Source: Candidatus Nanoarchaeia archaeon
Lineage (GTDB): Archaea; Nanobdellota; Nanobdellia; SCGC-AAA011-G17; GW2011-AR18
Assembly: GCA_035289605.1 (NCBI GenBank)
Contig: DATDWR010000020.1
Location: 10,921 to 74,920, forward strand
Direction: 5' to 3'
Length of the DNA: 64,000 nucleotides
Within the stretch, counting starts at the first letter, position 1. Every line of letters starts with the position of its first letter. Under the pieces are notes generated by a model. It worked only from the letters and a program-made list of their open reading frames with translations, made no database searches and was not told the origin of the DNA. This document shows, piece after piece, positions 63,526 to 64,000 of the stretch. Made by a program: the position numbers and the translations under genes.

Positions 63526-64000
63526 AACAAACTAAAACTAGACAATGTTTTATAAAAAGCTTTCTTTATTTAATGGAACTTACTACAAGATATACTAAAT
63601 ATATAATTAGGACAACAATAACAATGATTAGTACTGTTTTATCTGCCTGCGCTTTTCTTTCCATTTATAATCACCATTGAAATTTTGCCTTTTTGTTCAT
63701 AAATCTCCTTTTCCAGATTATTTAATCTTTTCTCGATATCTAATTTCTTGTTCAATTCTCTTATATTATTTGTGTTTTCTTCCAATTGATTAAATTTTTC
63801 AATTAAAATTATTGTTGTTATTATTATAGCTATAGCAATTATTAGCTTTGTTTAATAAGTGCTTAAAAATAGTCTCAATTAAATTTTTCTTCTAGTCATA
63901 ACATTAGAATGGCATCAAAGATTTCACTTTTTACACAAAGCCGCAATTATTATATAACCTGCATTCTAGGGAGTAATTACGATTCCTGCACCTGCAAGGA

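Noticed and set aside
63577-63860. Short minus-strand ORFs (a 32-aa TM peptide MERKAQADKTVLIIVIVVLIIYLVYLVVSSIK and an overlapping coiled-coil frame lacking an ATG)
   Set aside because: They are too short, and the start is ambiguous. They may be one frameshifted gene or noise, so there is not enough support to call them.
1-64000. CRISPR arrays, rRNA genes, transposase/IS elements
   Set aside because: I looked for regularly spaced direct repeats, rRNA-like conserved stretches and DDE/IS200-type ORFs and saw none. The only recombinase is the tyrosine integrase at 5861-7204.

Overview
This is a visibly AT-rich archaeal chromosome segment with tightly packed genes. Archaeal-type information-processing genes are clear: Orc1/Cdc6, TFB, S8e, LSm, L37e, S3Ae, S15, L44e, S27e, aIF2-alpha, Nop10, SRP54, FtsY, Bud32, TruD, a GINS-like protein and an EndoQ-like protein. 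Metabolism is minimal, and there are many membrane or secreted proteins of unknown function. I infer a DPANN-type small-genome archaeon; this is not proven. Four things stand out. (1) An ~18.4 kb integrase-bearing element (5777-24131) sits at the 3' end of a tRNA gene, bounded by a perfect 14-nt direct repeat. It carries a conjugation/Ced-like gene set: a VirB4-type ATPase fused to a nuclease-like domain, a VirB2/TrbC-like pilin candidate and a VirB6-like polytopic membrane protein. It also carries three TrmB regulator plus SAM-methyltransferase cassettes, a ThyA-fold enzyme and a YhhQ-type transporter. (2) Directly abutting the right repeat is a four-gene, translationally coupled operon (24129-33992) encoding giant Cys-rich surface proteins, including one of 1884 aa. 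(3) All five tRNA genes in the window are interrupted by non-canonical insertions, with up to three in one gene and one gene reaching 240 nt. (4) There are three VapBC-type toxin-antitoxin pairs and a gene-decay patch (38.2-40.1 kb). No rRNA or CRISPR array was seen. All calls rest on reading the supplied ORF translations and the DNA by eye; no database search was possible.
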